Source of the DNA: an uncultured Clostridium sp.
GTDB taxonomy: Bacteria > Bacillota > Clostridia > Oscillospirales > CAG-272
DNA length: 57,108 nt
Assembly (NCBI GenBank): GCA_964567085.1
Contig: CAZMKU010000002.1
Span: forward strand, 1-57,108
Reading direction: 5' to 3'
Shown here piece after piece: positions 20,608-31,300 of the stretch (the first letter of the stretch is position 1; each line of letters begins with the position of its first letter). The position numbers and the translations under genes were made by a program. Under the pieces are notes generated by a model. The model saw nothing but the letters and a program-made list of their open reading frames with translations, ran no database searches and was not told where the DNA came from.

Positions 20608-21045
20608 ATGGCATCCGAAAACAAACTCCAAGAGGTTGTACAGGCAACGTTGGCGCAGATCAGAAATATGATCGATGCAGACACGGTTATCGGCACTCCC
20701 ATTGAAACTGCTCCGGGCACGACTATCATTCCCGTTTCCAAGGTATGTGTAGGCTTTGCGACAGGCGGCGTTGACTACAACGACAAGTCAGGCGGCGCAC
20801 AGGGCAAGCCGCAGAACTTCGGCGCGGGCGGCGGCACGGGCATTACGGTTCAGCCTATCGGCCTTATTTGCATTTCAAAGGACGGCAAGACCGACTTTAT
20901 CAACATAGGCGTTAAGACTCCCGCAGATCCTATCGAGCAGCTCACAGACCTTCTTGACCGCTCTCCCGAGATCATCGCAAAGTTCAAGGCTGTTTTCGCA
21001 AAGAAGTCCGAGGAAGCCGAAGAAGCGCCCGAAACGGCAGAATAA
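20608..21045 (+). CDS. ytfJ: GerW/YtfJ family sporulation protein
   Basis: 145 aa. IGTPIETAPGTTIIPVSKVCVGFATGG...GGGTGITVQPIGLI matches the YtfJ/GerW pattern. Confidence 0.85.
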   Translation: MASENKLQEVVQATLAQIRNMIDADTVIGTPIETAPGTTIIPVSKVCVGFATGGVDYNDKSGGAQGKPQNFGAGGGTGITVQPIGLICISKDGKTDFINIGVKTPADPIEQLTDLLDRSPEIIAKFKAVFAKKSEEAEEAPETAE

Positions 21046-21071
21046 AAATTCAATATCCCCGAATATACGTG

Positions 21072-21119
21072 CCTCCGAGAAAATATAAATAGAACAAGGC
21101 TATCTATATTTCTCGGAGG
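21072..21119 (+). promoter_or_regulatory. Long hairpin whose 3' arm contains the dacB Shine-Dalgarno
   Basis: CCTCCGAGAAAATATA (21072-21087) pairs with TATATTTCTCGGAGG (21105-21119), about 15 bp with one bulged A. The GGAGG in the 3' arm lies 7 nt before the ATG at 21127. Confidence 0.4.
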
Positions 21120-21126
21120 TGACGCT

Positions 21127-22314
21127 ATGCGAAAATCCCTTTGCCGATTTATAAAAAAATGCGTCATTTGGACGCTGATTTTGTCGTGCTCCGCGCTCTC
21201 GTCCTGCTTTGATACGCAAAGCAACGACACCGAGCAAATAAGCAAAATTACGATAAGGGAGATGAGCGCAGTCGCACAAGAATCCCCGACAGTTTCGGCA
21301 AAAGCCGCTATTGGAATCGAGGGCTCGAGCGGTGAGATTTTTTATGCAAAAAACATTGACGAGCAGCTTCCCATGGCGTCAACCACAAAAATAATGACTG
21401 CCATCGTAGCGCTCGAGCGGGGCAACGTATCCGACAACGTCAAAATAGACAAGGCTGCGGTCGGTATCGAGGGCTCGTCGATCTACCTCTACGAGGGCGA
21501 GATCCTGACCCTTGAAAATCTTCTGTACGCGCTTTTGCTCGAATCCGCAAACGATGCGGCGGCAGCGATCGCCATACATATCGGCGGCAGTATAGAAGCC
21601 TTCGTCGCGATGATGAACGAGAAGGCCGACGAGCTTGGACTTACGAACACTCATTTTGACAACCCTCACGGACTTGACGGCGACACGCACTACACAACGG
21701 CTCGCGAGCTTGGAATTATCGCCGCGTACGCTATGAAAAACGAAACCTTCAAGCAAATCGTCGGCACGTACAAAACCACTATCCCGCTCGCAAACGGCGA
21801 GGGCACGCGAGTTCTCATCAACCACAACAAGCTTCTGCGAAACTACGACGGCGCTATCGGCATAAAAACGGGATATACGAAGAAAAGCGGCAGATGCCTT
21901 ACCTCCGCCGCCATGCGCGACGGCGTTGAGCTTATTTGCATAACCCTCTGCGCCCCGTCGGATTGGCAGGACCACGAGAGCATTTTGGACTTTGGATACT
22001 CTATTTACGAGCGCAAAACACTTGCCGAGGCGGGCGAGAGTCCCATTACTCTGCCCGTTATAAACGGAATTAAGAGTGAGATCTCGCTTCAAATTCCAAA
22101 CGATATTAAGGTTACCGCGCTGAGAAACACGGAGATACAAACGGTCATAGAAGCTCCTCGCTTTGTGTTCGCCCCGATTACGAAGAACGCGAGTGTCGGC
22201 AAGATCATATTCCTTCAAAACGGAAATATTATCGCGGAAAGCCCCCTTATTGCCACAGAAAGCATCACAAAGGCAAATAACAAAACGGGACTTTTTGGGT
22301 TTTTCAAAAAATAA
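21127..22314 (+). CDS. dacB: D-alanyl-D-alanine carboxypeptidase (PBP5*/DacB-like, S11 family)
   Basis: 395 aa with a signal/lipoprotein-like N-terminus, the SxxK motif ASTTKIMTA, SAND (SxN) and KTGYT (KTG). The scpAB-...-dacB context matches B. subtilis. The symbol is assigned by synteny. Confidence 0.85.
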   Translation: MRKSLCRFIKKCVIWTLILSCSALSSCFDTQSNDTEQISKITIREMSAVAQESPTVSAKAAIGIEGSSGEIFYAKNIDEQLPMASTTKIMTAIVALERGNVSDNVKIDKAAVGIEGSSIYLYEGEILTLENLLYALLLESANDAAAAIAIHIGGSIEAFVAMMNEKADELGLTNTHFDNPHGLDGDTHYTTARELGIIAAYAMKNETFKQIVGTYKTTIPLANGEGTRVLINHNKLLRNYDGAIGIKTGYTKKSGRCLTSAAMRDGVELICITLCAPSDWQDHESILDFGYSIYERKTLAEAGESPITLPVINGIKSEISLQIPNDIKVTALRNTEIQTVIEAPRFVFAPITKNASVGKIIFLQNGNIIAESPLIATESITKANNKTGLFGFFKK

Positions 22315-22334
22315 AACATCAGGACTTTTTAAAT

Positions 22335-23084
22335 ATGGAAGAAATCAGACTTTCAAAATACTTTACGGACTGTGGAATTATGTCTCGCAGAGCGGCAGAG
22401 GCGGAAATTGTTAAGGGTCTTGTCAAGGTAAACGGCCATATCGCGACGCTCGGGGAAAAAATTGATCCCGAGACCGATATTGTGGAATACCGAGGCAGAA
22501 AAATCAAGCCCACGACGCTTGACAAGATCTGCATTATGCTCAATAAGCCGCGAGGCTACGTCACCACAGCCTCCGATGAAAAAGGCAGAGCCAACGTAAC
22601 CGAGCTATGCGCAAATATCAGGGGAAACGGGGGCAAGCCGTTGCGGCTCTATCCCGTGGGCAGACTCGATATGGATTCCGACGGCTTGCTTCTGCTCACA
22701 AACGACGGCGAGCTTGCAAACCGTCTCACTCACCCCAAGCATAATATCCCGAAAATTTATCACGTTACCCTTCCCTATATTTTCAACGACGAGGAGCTCC
22801 GCGCGCTCGGTCAGTCAATCGTCATCGACGGCAGAAAAACAGAGCCCTGCCGCGTTCGCAAGGTTTGTGAAAATATGCAGGGGTACAATTCCTACACGAT
22901 AGTGGAATTTGAGCTCTACGAGGGCAGAAACCGCCAGATACGCCGAATGTGCGAGGCAAACGGAAGAAAGATAAAGCAGTTGACAAGAGTTGCTATCGGC
23001 AACCTGAAGCTCGGAGATCTCCCCATCGGTAAATGGCGTTATCTGACCGACAAGGAAATAAATTATCTCAAATCAAGCACGTAA
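22335..23084 (+). CDS. rluB: Pseudouridine synthase, RsuA/RluB family
   Basis: An S4 domain (LSKYFTDCGIMSRRAAEAEI) is followed by the catalytic motif GRLDMDSDGLLLLTNDG. Confidence 0.85.
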   Translation: MEEIRLSKYFTDCGIMSRRAAEAEIVKGLVKVNGHIATLGEKIDPETDIVEYRGRKIKPTTLDKICIMLNKPRGYVTTASDEKGRANVTELCANIRGNGGKPLRLYPVGRLDMDSDGLLLLTNDGELANRLTHPKHNIPKIYHVTLPYIFNDEELRALGQSIVIDGRKTEPCRVRKVCENMQGYNSYTIVEFELYEGRNRQIRRMCEANGRKIKQLTRVAIGNLKLGDLPIGKWRYLTDKEINYLKSST

Positions 23085-23230
23085 ATAACAGCGCACGGAG
23101 TCTCAATTCGGATTTTGTGCGCTTTATTCACAAAAAGGTGAAATTCGTACAAAAACTTAATATTTTCTTCTTTACTTTTTGTTATAAATGTGGTAGAATT
23201 ATAATGTCAATAAAAAAAAGAGGACATATT

Positions 23231-24646
23231 ATGTCTAAAAAACAAACGGGCGGCCTTACCAAAAAGCATTGGTTTGGCTATATGTTCGGCGACTGGGGCG
23301 GTTGTATGACCTTTACCCTCATGGCGAGCATTTTCACCATGTACTGTACTAACGCGCTGGGCGTTGACCCCATGCTGCTTGGTACTCTCGTTATTATATG
23401 GACCATCTGGGACGCGATCAACGATCCCCTGATGGGCGCTTTGATGGATAAGGCGTTCGCAAAGCATCACAACAAAAAAGGTAAATTCCGCCCTTGGATC
23501 CTGCGCGCAACTCCCTTGCTGGCAGTAACCGCAATCGCATTGTGGACAGCCCCCACCTTCTTTGACGGAATTCCGCTTATAGTAGTTCTCTTCTCATGCA
23601 AGATTCTCTATGAAGCGGCATACACAATGTTCAACATTCCTATGGGCTCGCTTCTTTCGGCTATGTCCAAGAACGACTCCGAGAGAGCCTCCCTTTCCTC
23701 CGCGCGCGGCGTTGGCTCTATGATCGGTAATATGATCCCCGCCATGGCCGCTCCCTTCATCATCAAGGCATTCGGCGGTGACAGAAGCTCTACGGGATAT
23801 ATGATCGCTGGCATTTCCTGCGCAATTATCGGCTTTGGAATCTGTCTTATGCACTACTTCTGGACAGAAGAGCGCACCACGGTTGGCGAGCAGACTAAGG
23901 CTGACGACATAAAGTTCTCCGACATTCTCACAGTAGTTAAAAAGAACCGTCCCTTCGTTGCTCTTTGCATTCACGGCATATGTATCTGCCTTATGCAGTA
24001 CGCGACGCAGACGCTCGGTATGTATATGTATTCTGCAGTTTATAACGACGTTACATATCAGTCAATAAGCTCTGCTCTCTCATCTCCGTTTATGATCGGC
24101 TCTATGATCGCAGTTCCCTTCATTTGTAAGAAGCTCGGTCTTGAAAAGCTTATCCGTTACTCGTTGCTTATCGGCGGCGGCATTTGCGGTCTTCTCTTCG
24201 TAATGCATCTCGTAATGGACGTGCCTCCCTTGGTTCACGGCGTTATTCTCGGTGTTGGCTCGGGTATGGCAATGGTATCCATCCAGATGCAGTGGGGTCT
24301 CGTTGGCGAGGCCATTGACTATAACGAGCTCGTTACAGGCAAGCGCACGGAGGGCTCGATTTACGGCACGTTCAATCTCTCCCGCCGTATCGGTCAGACG
24401 ATCGGTCAGGGCTTTGCTCTCTACGGCCTTGGTTGGATCGGCTATCAGGGCACTGCAGAGGTTCAGTCAACGGGAACGATTTTCGGATTGAAGGTTCTTT
24501 GCGTACTTATCCCCGCAATATTCATTCTCGGCTCTTGGGCAGCGTTTAAGTTCGTATGGAAGATAACTCCTGAGGAGCGCGCAGCTATGGCGGCTCTCAA
24601 GGAAGCAAAGTCGGACGCTGCACAGATCGAGGAATCAAATTCTTAA
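23231..24646 (+). CDS. Glycoside-pentoside-hexuronide (GPH):cation symporter family transporter
   Basis: About 12 TM segments with GPH-type N-terminal motifs (FGYMFGDWGG, WDAINDPLMGALMD, GKFRPW). The start is set at the ATG at 23231 (AAGAGGA RBS). The upstream part of the ORF-track frame overlaps rluB and is not coding. Confidence 0.85.
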   Translation: MSKKQTGGLTKKHWFGYMFGDWGGCMTFTLMASIFTMYCTNALGVDPMLLGTLVIIWTIWDAINDPLMGALMDKAFAKHHNKKGKFRPWILRATPLLAVTAIALWTAPTFFDGIPLIVVLFSCKILYEAAYTMFNIPMGSLLSAMSKNDSERASLSSARGVGSMIGNMIPAMAAPFIIKAFGGDRSSTGYMIAGISCAIIGFGICLMHYFWTEERTTVGEQTKADDIKFSDILTVVKKNRPFVALCIHGICICLMQYATQTLGMYMYSAVYNDVTYQSISSALSSPFMIGSMIAVPFICKKLGLEKLIRYSLLIGGGICGLLFVMHLVMDVPPLVHGVILGVGSGMAMVSIQMQWGLVGEAIDYNELVTGKRTEGSIYGTFNLSRRIGQTIGQGFALYGLGWIGYQGTAEVQSTGTIFGLKVLCVLIPAIFILGSWAAFKFVWKITPEERAAMAALKEAKSDAAQIEESNS

Positions 24647-24710
24647 TAAACATTTATATCGGCGCGGTAATACCGTGCCGATAGCTTCAAAAACTACGAA
24701 AGGCACATCT

Positions 24711-26048
24711 ATGGACTATACGATCAATACTTCGTGCGGCGCCCTGAAGGGCTGCGCCGGACGCGCTTCGGGCATCGCTGCTTACAAAGGAATTCGATAC
24801 GCCACCGCACGCCGATGGGAATATCCGCAAATAGTAACTCATTGGGAAGGCGTTTACGACGCTACCGAGTACGGCGCGTGCAGCTATCAGCCACGCTCCT
24901 TTTACAATGAAGAGGAAAACCTGAAGAAAATATTTTATTACAACGAATTTCGCAAGGGTGAATCATACGCGTACAGCGAGGACTGTCTTTTCTTAAACGT
25001 ATTCACTCCCGAAAACGCGAAGGACGGCGATGACCTGCCCGTTCTCGTTTATATTCACGGCGGCGGATTTACAGGCGGATGCGGCCACGAAAAGCATTTC
25101 GACTGCCCCGAATGGCCGCGTGAAAATATAATCGGCGTTACTATCAATTACCGCCTTGGCCCTATGGGATTTATGTGTCTGCCCGAGCTCAAGGAAGAGG
25201 CAGGACACACGGGCAACTACGGTCTTTTCGACCAAATGACTGCCATCCGGTGGGTAAAGAACAACATTTCGGCATTCGGCGGTGACCCCGATAATATTAC
25301 TATTATGGGACAAAGCGCGGGCGCGGCAAGCGTCCAGCTTCTCTCAACAAGCCCCCTGACCGAAGGATTATTTCAAAAGGCGGTAATGTCAAGCGGATGC
25401 GGTTTGGGCAGCTTTATGTCCGTGAACGCAGAAAAATCCGCGGAATTCTGGCAGCAGATTATGAAAAGATGCGGCTGTGACACTCTTGAACAATTCCGCG
25501 CCCTCCCTCCCGAGAAGCTTTTCGAGGCGTGGCAGACGGGCAAAAAGGAAATTAAGGGCGGAAATGCCGCGACCTTCCCTGTAATCGACAACTACTTCTT
25601 TTCAAAAGACTTTGTTCCGCGCGACATTCCCTATATGGCAGGCTCGACGAGTGAGGATTTGGCGCCTCCCATATTGCACGGTGTGACGAAAAAGTGGATA
25701 TCAAAAAGAAGCACCCCAAGCTACTCCTGGTATTTTGACCGTCGGCTCCCCGGCGACGACTGTGGCGCATGGCATTCCGCAGATCTTTGGTATTGGTTCG
25801 GCACGCTCGATAACTGCTGGCGTCCTATGGAGCATAAGGATCATTCACTTTCCGAGCAAATGGTCAAATACCTCTGCTGCTTTGCTAAAAGCGGAGATCC
25901 CAACGGAGAAGATTTACCCGAATGGACTCCCTCATCAAAAAAGCAAAAGAGAGTTCTTATGCTCGGTGAGAAAGAAACGCATATGGGTAAGCCTCCCGCA
26001 TTAAAAATGATAAAAACCATGCTTACGAGCAAATCCGTGGGCGAATAA
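24711..26048 (+). CDS. Type-B carboxylesterase/lipase family protein
   Basis: Oxyanion-hole motif VYIHGGGF and the nucleophile elbow GQSAGA. The overall length and pattern fit para-nitrobenzyl-esterase-like enzymes. No signal peptide is evident. Confidence 0.85.
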   Translation: MDYTINTSCGALKGCAGRASGIAAYKGIRYATARRWEYPQIVTHWEGVYDATEYGACSYQPRSFYNEEENLKKIFYYNEFRKGESYAYSEDCLFLNVFTPENAKDGDDLPVLVYIHGGGFTGGCGHEKHFDCPEWPRENIIGVTINYRLGPMGFMCLPELKEEAGHTGNYGLFDQMTAIRWVKNNISAFGGDPDNITIMGQSAGAASVQLLSTSPLTEGLFQKAVMSSGCGLGSFMSVNAEKSAEFWQQIMKRCGCDTLEQFRALPPEKLFEAWQTGKKEIKGGNAATFPVIDNYFFSKDFVPRDIPYMAGSTSEDLAPPILHGVTKKWISKRSTPSYSWYFDRRLPGDDCGAWHSADLWYWFGTLDNCWRPMEHKDHSLSEQMVKYLCCFAKSGDPNGEDLPEWTPSSKKQKRVLMLGEKETHMGKPPALKMIKTMLTSKSVGE

Positions 26049-26090
26049 AAATAAACACCTTCGAAGGATTTTCCTTCGAAGGTGTTTTTC
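26046..26090. terminator. Bidirectional intrinsic terminator between convergent genes
   Basis: A perfect 14-bp stem, ACACCTTCGAAGGA-TTT-TCCTTCGAAGGTGT, is flanked by an A-run and a T-run. Confidence 0.85.
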
Positions 26091-26104
26091 TGTATATCGG
26101 GAAA

Positions 26105-27343
26105 TTACTCTGCGGTAAGACCCGAGCGCTCAATACCTTCAACGAGGTATCTCTGCAAAAATGCGTAAAGCACAACAAGAGGTGCTATTATCATAAGAAG
26201 CGACGTATTTCTGATCGTTTCATTATAAAGCGACTGTCCTACGTAGTCAAGTCTCAAGGAATTGGGGATGTCGGTTGCTATATCCTTCAACAAATAGAGA
26301 TTGTTGGTCGATCCCGACTTCCACGTTCCCGAGGTAGTCAAAAATAGCTTTCCTGTGTAGAACGTATCCGTCCACTGCCAGCAGAATGCAAACAGGAACA
26401 CCGTGATCATCATGGGCACGGACATAGGAAGAATGATCTGGAAGAACGTTCTGAAGTCACCCGAGCCGTCGATGTATGCAGATTCTTCAATGGAATCGGG
26501 GATTCCGCGGAAGAACTGACGAAGCATAAAGATATACAAGCCGTTCTTGAACGCAAGACCCGTCAAGGAAAGAATGATGAACGGAACTCTTGTGTTCAAA
26601 AGATTAATGGCGTTATCCTTTGATATCAAAACGATATTTTGCGCATTCTTGGCGAACATCGGACCGAGAACGCTATTATTCTTAAACGTATTCGCAAAGA
26701 ACATCGCGATGTCGTGTAAAAATCCGCCTTCCTTGAATATGTCGATCTTGGCAAGAACCTTATCAACACCCTCGATGCCAACGGATGCGCCGCCCGAAAG
26801 GAAGTTCACTATGCCAAATATATCGAAGGACTTAAAGCCCGTATAAATAGCATAATAAAGCGTCTTGTGAGGAACGACCATCGTAAATATAACGAGAAGG
26901 AATATGATCTTATTGCCCTTGAACTTATATTTAGCAAGACCGTAAGCGACAAGACAGCAGGTAAACGTCTGGAGTACCGCGCACGTAAACGAAAGCCTAA
27001 ACGTATTCCAGAACGCCTTCAGATAGTGGTTTTCCTTGAATATCGCCTTGTACGTGTCAAGCGTAAAATTTCTCGGAATAAGCCTTACCGTCGCGTCAAC
27101 CAAGTCCTCGGGGGACATAAACGAACCCGTTATCTTTGTAAAGAAGGGATAAAGAACTATGTAAGCAATACCAAGCAAGAATATAAATCTTGCGATCTTG
27201 ATTACTACACCCGAAAGAAAGTAGAAATTGAGGAACTTTGCTTTAAGTCTTTCCTTAAGCGGAGTTCTCTCGAACTCAACCCTGATCTTGTTCTTGGATT
27301 CTTTCTTTATTCTGGGAGCAGAATTTGTGTTTTGAACATCCAT
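26105..27343 (-). CDS. Carbohydrate ABC transporter permease with a large internal insertion
   Basis: 412 aa of BPD_transp_1 type with the EAA loop EESAYIDGSGDFRTFFQIILP. About 100 extra residues (FKSFDIFGIV...NAINLLNTRV) sit between the TM segments, compared with the usual ~290-aa CUT1 permease. Confidence 0.85.
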   Translation of the reverse strand: MDVQNTNSAPRIKKESKNKIRVEFERTPLKERLKAKFLNFYFLSGVVIKIARFIFLLGIAYIVLYPFFTKITGSFMSPEDLVDATVRLIPRNFTLDTYKAIFKENHYLKAFWNTFRLSFTCAVLQTFTCCLVAYGLAKYKFKGNKIIFLLVIFTMVVPHKTLYYAIYTGFKSFDIFGIVNFLSGGASVGIEGVDKVLAKIDIFKEGGFLHDIAMFFANTFKNNSVLGPMFAKNAQNIVLISKDNAINLLNTRVPFIILSLTGLAFKNGLYIFMLRQFFRGIPDSIEESAYIDGSGDFRTFFQIILPMSVPMMITVFLFAFCWQWTDTFYTGKLFLTTSGTWKSGSTNNLYLLKDIATDIPNSLRLDYVGQSLYNETIRNTSLLMIIAPLVVLYAFLQRYLVEGIERSGLTAE

Positions 27344-27359
27344 ATCTCTACCTCCTCTC

Positions 27360-28307
27360 TTAGTCTTTACGCTGATAGAATACGAACATTGACATAATAC
27401 CCGCCACTACGGCAATAATGAGCATTACCATCAAGAAATACATCCATGACATCGCAGCGCCAACCTCGGGCTCCTTCTTATTGATATTATCAATAAACGT
27501 CATAACTGTATTATTTTCAGTCGTAAACGCGTCGATTACCGTATACACCGCATTTACGAGGATCATCGGGCTTATCATCGGGAAGGTGATCTTCCAGAAG
27601 GTTTCCCATCCCGTCGCGCCGTCGATCTTACAAGCCTCGTAAATGGCAGGAGAAATCGACTGAAGACCCGAGAGGAATATAAGCATCTGTACGCCCGAAC
27701 GGTTTACAATGTCGTAAATATTATTTATGATCTGAACAACGTATTCTACAAGCTCCTGTCCGACCTTCATATTGGAGAACAGGGCTTCGATGTCCAACGC
27801 CGATACGATATCGGAGGACGCGCTCGACCCCGCGCCACTGTCAATTCCCACGGAATCCGTGGACATTGATGATTCAGTGGGGGTCATAATACCCGTTGCA
27901 AGTACAACAGGAAGGAAGAATATAGCGCGGAACGCTGCTCTTCCCGCCATCTTCTGATTAAGAAGAATAGCCATAAAAAGTGAAAACAGCAAAATAGCAG
28001 GTATATCGAAGATCATCTCGCCAAGACCCGGCAAGAGAGTTTCGAGAAACGCGTGCTCTGTGAGAGCTGTCTGGTAGTTACGGAAGCCTACAAACTCAGG
28101 CTCAAGTCGGATATCCTCCACGAGCATAAACGTGGACTTGAGCGAGTTTACAATAATAGGAAGGTAAACACAAACAAAACCGATTATAAAGGGGAGGACA
28201 AACCACCAGCCCGCGCGAGCCTTTCGCTTATCGAGAGATGCTATTTTCTTTTTCTTGGGAGCGGCATTTCTGCCGCTCTTACATTTAAGCTTTACTTCGC
28301 TTGTCAT
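27360..28307 (-). CDS. Sugar ABC transporter permease
   Basis: CUT1 MalF-like permease with the EAA loop YEACKIDGATGWETFWKITFP. The ATG at 28307 is correctly spaced from AAGGAGGAG, whereas the ORF-track GTG at 28313 is too close to it. Confidence 0.85.
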   Translation of the reverse strand: MTSEVKLKCKSGRNAAPKKKKIASLDKRKARAGWWFVLPFIIGFVCVYLPIIVNSLKSTFMLVEDIRLEPEFVGFRNYQTALTEHAFLETLLPGLGEMIFDIPAILLFSLFMAILLNQKMAGRAAFRAIFFLPVVLATGIMTPTESSMSTDSVGIDSGAGSSASSDIVSALDIEALFSNMKVGQELVEYVVQIINNIYDIVNRSGVQMLIFLSGLQSISPAIYEACKIDGATGWETFWKITFPMISPMILVNAVYTVIDAFTTENNTVMTFIDNINKKEPEVGAAMSWMYFLMVMLIIAVVAGIMSMFVFYQRKD

Positions 28308-28322
28308 ATTCACATCTCCTCC

Positions 28323-31300
28323 TTATTTCTTTATAACTACAAAATCATATGCGGGGATCGTGTAGCGAACACCGTCGTACACGAGCGTTACCATATAGTT
28401 GTTGTAGTTGAGAAGCATCGTCTTATATGCCTCGCCGTCAAGTGTTCCGTACGTTACGGCAATAATATTATCCGTAGCGTAATGGGATTTTTCTTCCTCT
28501 TCCTCTATGACGGTTTCCTCGTCTTCGATCTCAAGCTCAAGTCTTGCTTGAATTTCTTCTTCAGTTATCTTAAGCTCCTCGGGAATATTGCCCGCAAAGG
28601 ACGCGCTGTCAATATAAGCGTTAACTATAGCTTCGAGCGCGATCTTGCTGTCAGTCATAGACTTCATAAGAGTATACTCGGCACGTGTATTTACGTCTTC
28701 GCCCGAGCGGTACATGATCTCACCGTCAGAGTCAAGAATGTAATTGCCCGCCTCGTCAACGAGAGCGTAGATCGTAACGCCGTCAAGCTCGCCCGCTTCC
28801 TTATACTTGATCGCGGTGTAAACAGAACCGTCAAAGAAGTAGTAATCAGCTATCGAGCCATCTTCATTCTTGGAATAGTAGTAATACTGACCGTTAGCCT
28901 TTCTGCTCATATAAACACCGTTACCGCAATCCTTTTCCTCTGAAGGAACAACGATTACGTTCTGGCCATCCAAATTCCAAGCCTCGTCGTCGCCCGCATC
29001 TGCCGCTACGATATCGTAGTACTTGAAATCCTCGATGCTGTTACCTACGAGCGCAACCTTTTCGTCGTCAATGGTAACTACGTAGTAAACCTGGCTACGG
29101 TAAGAGCCCGTCTTATTGCCGTCGGCATCGTATCCGTAGTAACGGATAATATCGCTTCCCTTTGTGGGAATCTTCGTATCGGATGATACAAAAGCAAATC
29201 TTGCCTCTGTAAGAGCGCTCTCTGCAACCGCGATCTGAGATATAGCCTGTTCAGTAAGCGGAAGCGCAGGATTATCAAGCAGCTCTGCGGCCTTGATAAC
29301 CTCAACCGCCTCGTATGCGGAAGCAACCCTTTCGTTGAGCTCCTCAATGGTAGACTTGATCTGTTCAAGGTCCTTAACGAGCTTAACGATAGCAGAAGTC
29401 AATCTGTTCTTCAAGGACTTAACCTGTGTATAAAGCGTCTCATAGCCCTCATCACCCTCGCTCAGTTGTGCAAGAGCAGCGCAATTACTATTATAAGTTG
29501 CAAGGAACTCGTTGATGAGCGCCTCATCCTCCTTAGCCGTTACGCTAAAGATCTTCCAAACCTCTTCATACTGCTTGTTAGCCCAGATCTGAATATCACG
29601 GCATTCCTGTCTTGCTGCAGAAACCTCATTCAGCTTTTCCTGCTTTTCAATTTCAACGATGTTTTCCTGCATATTCTGGAATTCTTCCATTTCCGCAAGA
29701 ATATCACTCTGAATTTCGTCAAGGTCAGGCACACGCTCTGCATTTTCAACGTACTCGTGTCCGATAATGAACTTATCCTGAACGTCATAGAGAGCATCAT
29801 TGAGCTTGTTGTAAATATCAACTATATCATCCTTCCAGATGTCGTATCTTACGGAGTAGTACTTAGAGAAGAACTCGTTTTCCTTAAGATTCTGTGTATT
29901 CCGGTAGGACAGGATAAAGTAGGGGGACGCTCCGTTTTCAATTGCCTTGAGCATTGCGTATTCCATATTACCCTCCATGTTAAGAGGAGAGCCCGCAAAC
30001 TGAACGGAGCCGTGGAGAACGACGCCCAGGAAAGGAACTGATTCGGAGGAGATGTTATAACGCGAGGAGTCAAGAGCAACACCCAAAATATGGTCAACGT
30101 ACTTCCAAGAGTACGAGTTTCCGCCCTGTGTCATAACCTGATTATAGGTATTGTCAAGATACTCGAGCGCGCTGACGGTATAATCCTTGGAGTCTTCTCT
30201 GTTATAAGGCTCATCCTCATCAAAGTCGGAGTTGAGCGTGTAACCGAGCGACGCTACGGAAATACCAATAACGTTGTCGAACTTTTCTGCATAATTCTTC
30301 GTGATCTTTTCGTAGAATCTCGAGAAATATGCGGGAGAAATTGCAAGCTCGTAGTAGTTTACCATACCCTGCGTTGCAGTGTACGTTCTACGGCTCGCGT
30401 AACGGTCGTCGATGGTCTTAACCACGTGCTTGTTGAGGTTAATGCCGTCGAACATACCCGTATACTTAACGTAAGCGAATTCAAAGTCGGGGAAAATACC
30501 GAGATTCGTATTATCTCCCTCGTTTACCTCAGCGGCGTAGTTAAGAAGCTCCTGGAAGCCGCTCTTGCCGCCAACCGCGCTTTCAATCTTAAATCGGTAA
30601 GGAACCTGTGATTCAAGACCTCCGTTCGCATAGCCCGTAAGCTTGAAGTTTACGTTCGTAATGCCGTCCTCTCCCGCGGAAATATCCTCGTACATCGTCC
30701 TTATATCCTCAAAGGTCGTAAGAGGCGTCATCGTCTTTACGGGAATCGAGAGCACCTTTTCAAGCGTCTCGAGCGCGCCGAAGGTTTCAATGTAAAGCGG
30801 GATATCCTCCGTAAGGTCATCGCTCGTAAGAGGTGTCAGTATAGGATCGTCACCCGACATAAGATAATCTCTGTAAGCAACCGCCATACCGAACCAGGAC
30901 GTATCGTACGTCTCGTATTCAGTACCCTCGGGAGCCTCGTAGTCGGAAAGAAGAACGTATCTTATTCTGTAGCTTCCAACGTACTTCTTATCACACGTAA
31001 CCGTCCATTCGTTGTTTTCCTGATTTACGGAAAGCGAATCGGAAATAGTATACGAGTCCGTAGGTCTGGGAGTCACCTTTATCTGGAGCGAGTTATACTC
31101 GCTCTTTGAGCCGTGATGGTTTGTGGAAAGCTCGGAGAGCGCGTCGCCCTCTTCTATTATCGCCACAAAGCCTCTCTTATCGGTAATAGCCTCCTTCGTC
31201 AGCACCGAGCTATTCAAAATATCCGCATACGTAAGATCGGTTCCCGATACGACGAAGCTTCCTATTCTGTTTCTGATCTTCGCGTTAACGGTTTCATCAA

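Noticed and set aside
28053-28943. 296-aa plus-strand ORF spanning the junction between a permease and the 1451-aa gene; similar long antisense ORFs at 29466-30041, 30090-30611, 31113-31733, 32855-33436, 35669-36289, 37154-37984, 38009-38962 and 42706-43926
   Set aside because: All are mirror-frame ORFs inside strongly supported minus-strand genes. Their translations are low-complexity (Leu/Val/Arg-rich), they have no start context, and they cross real gene boundaries.
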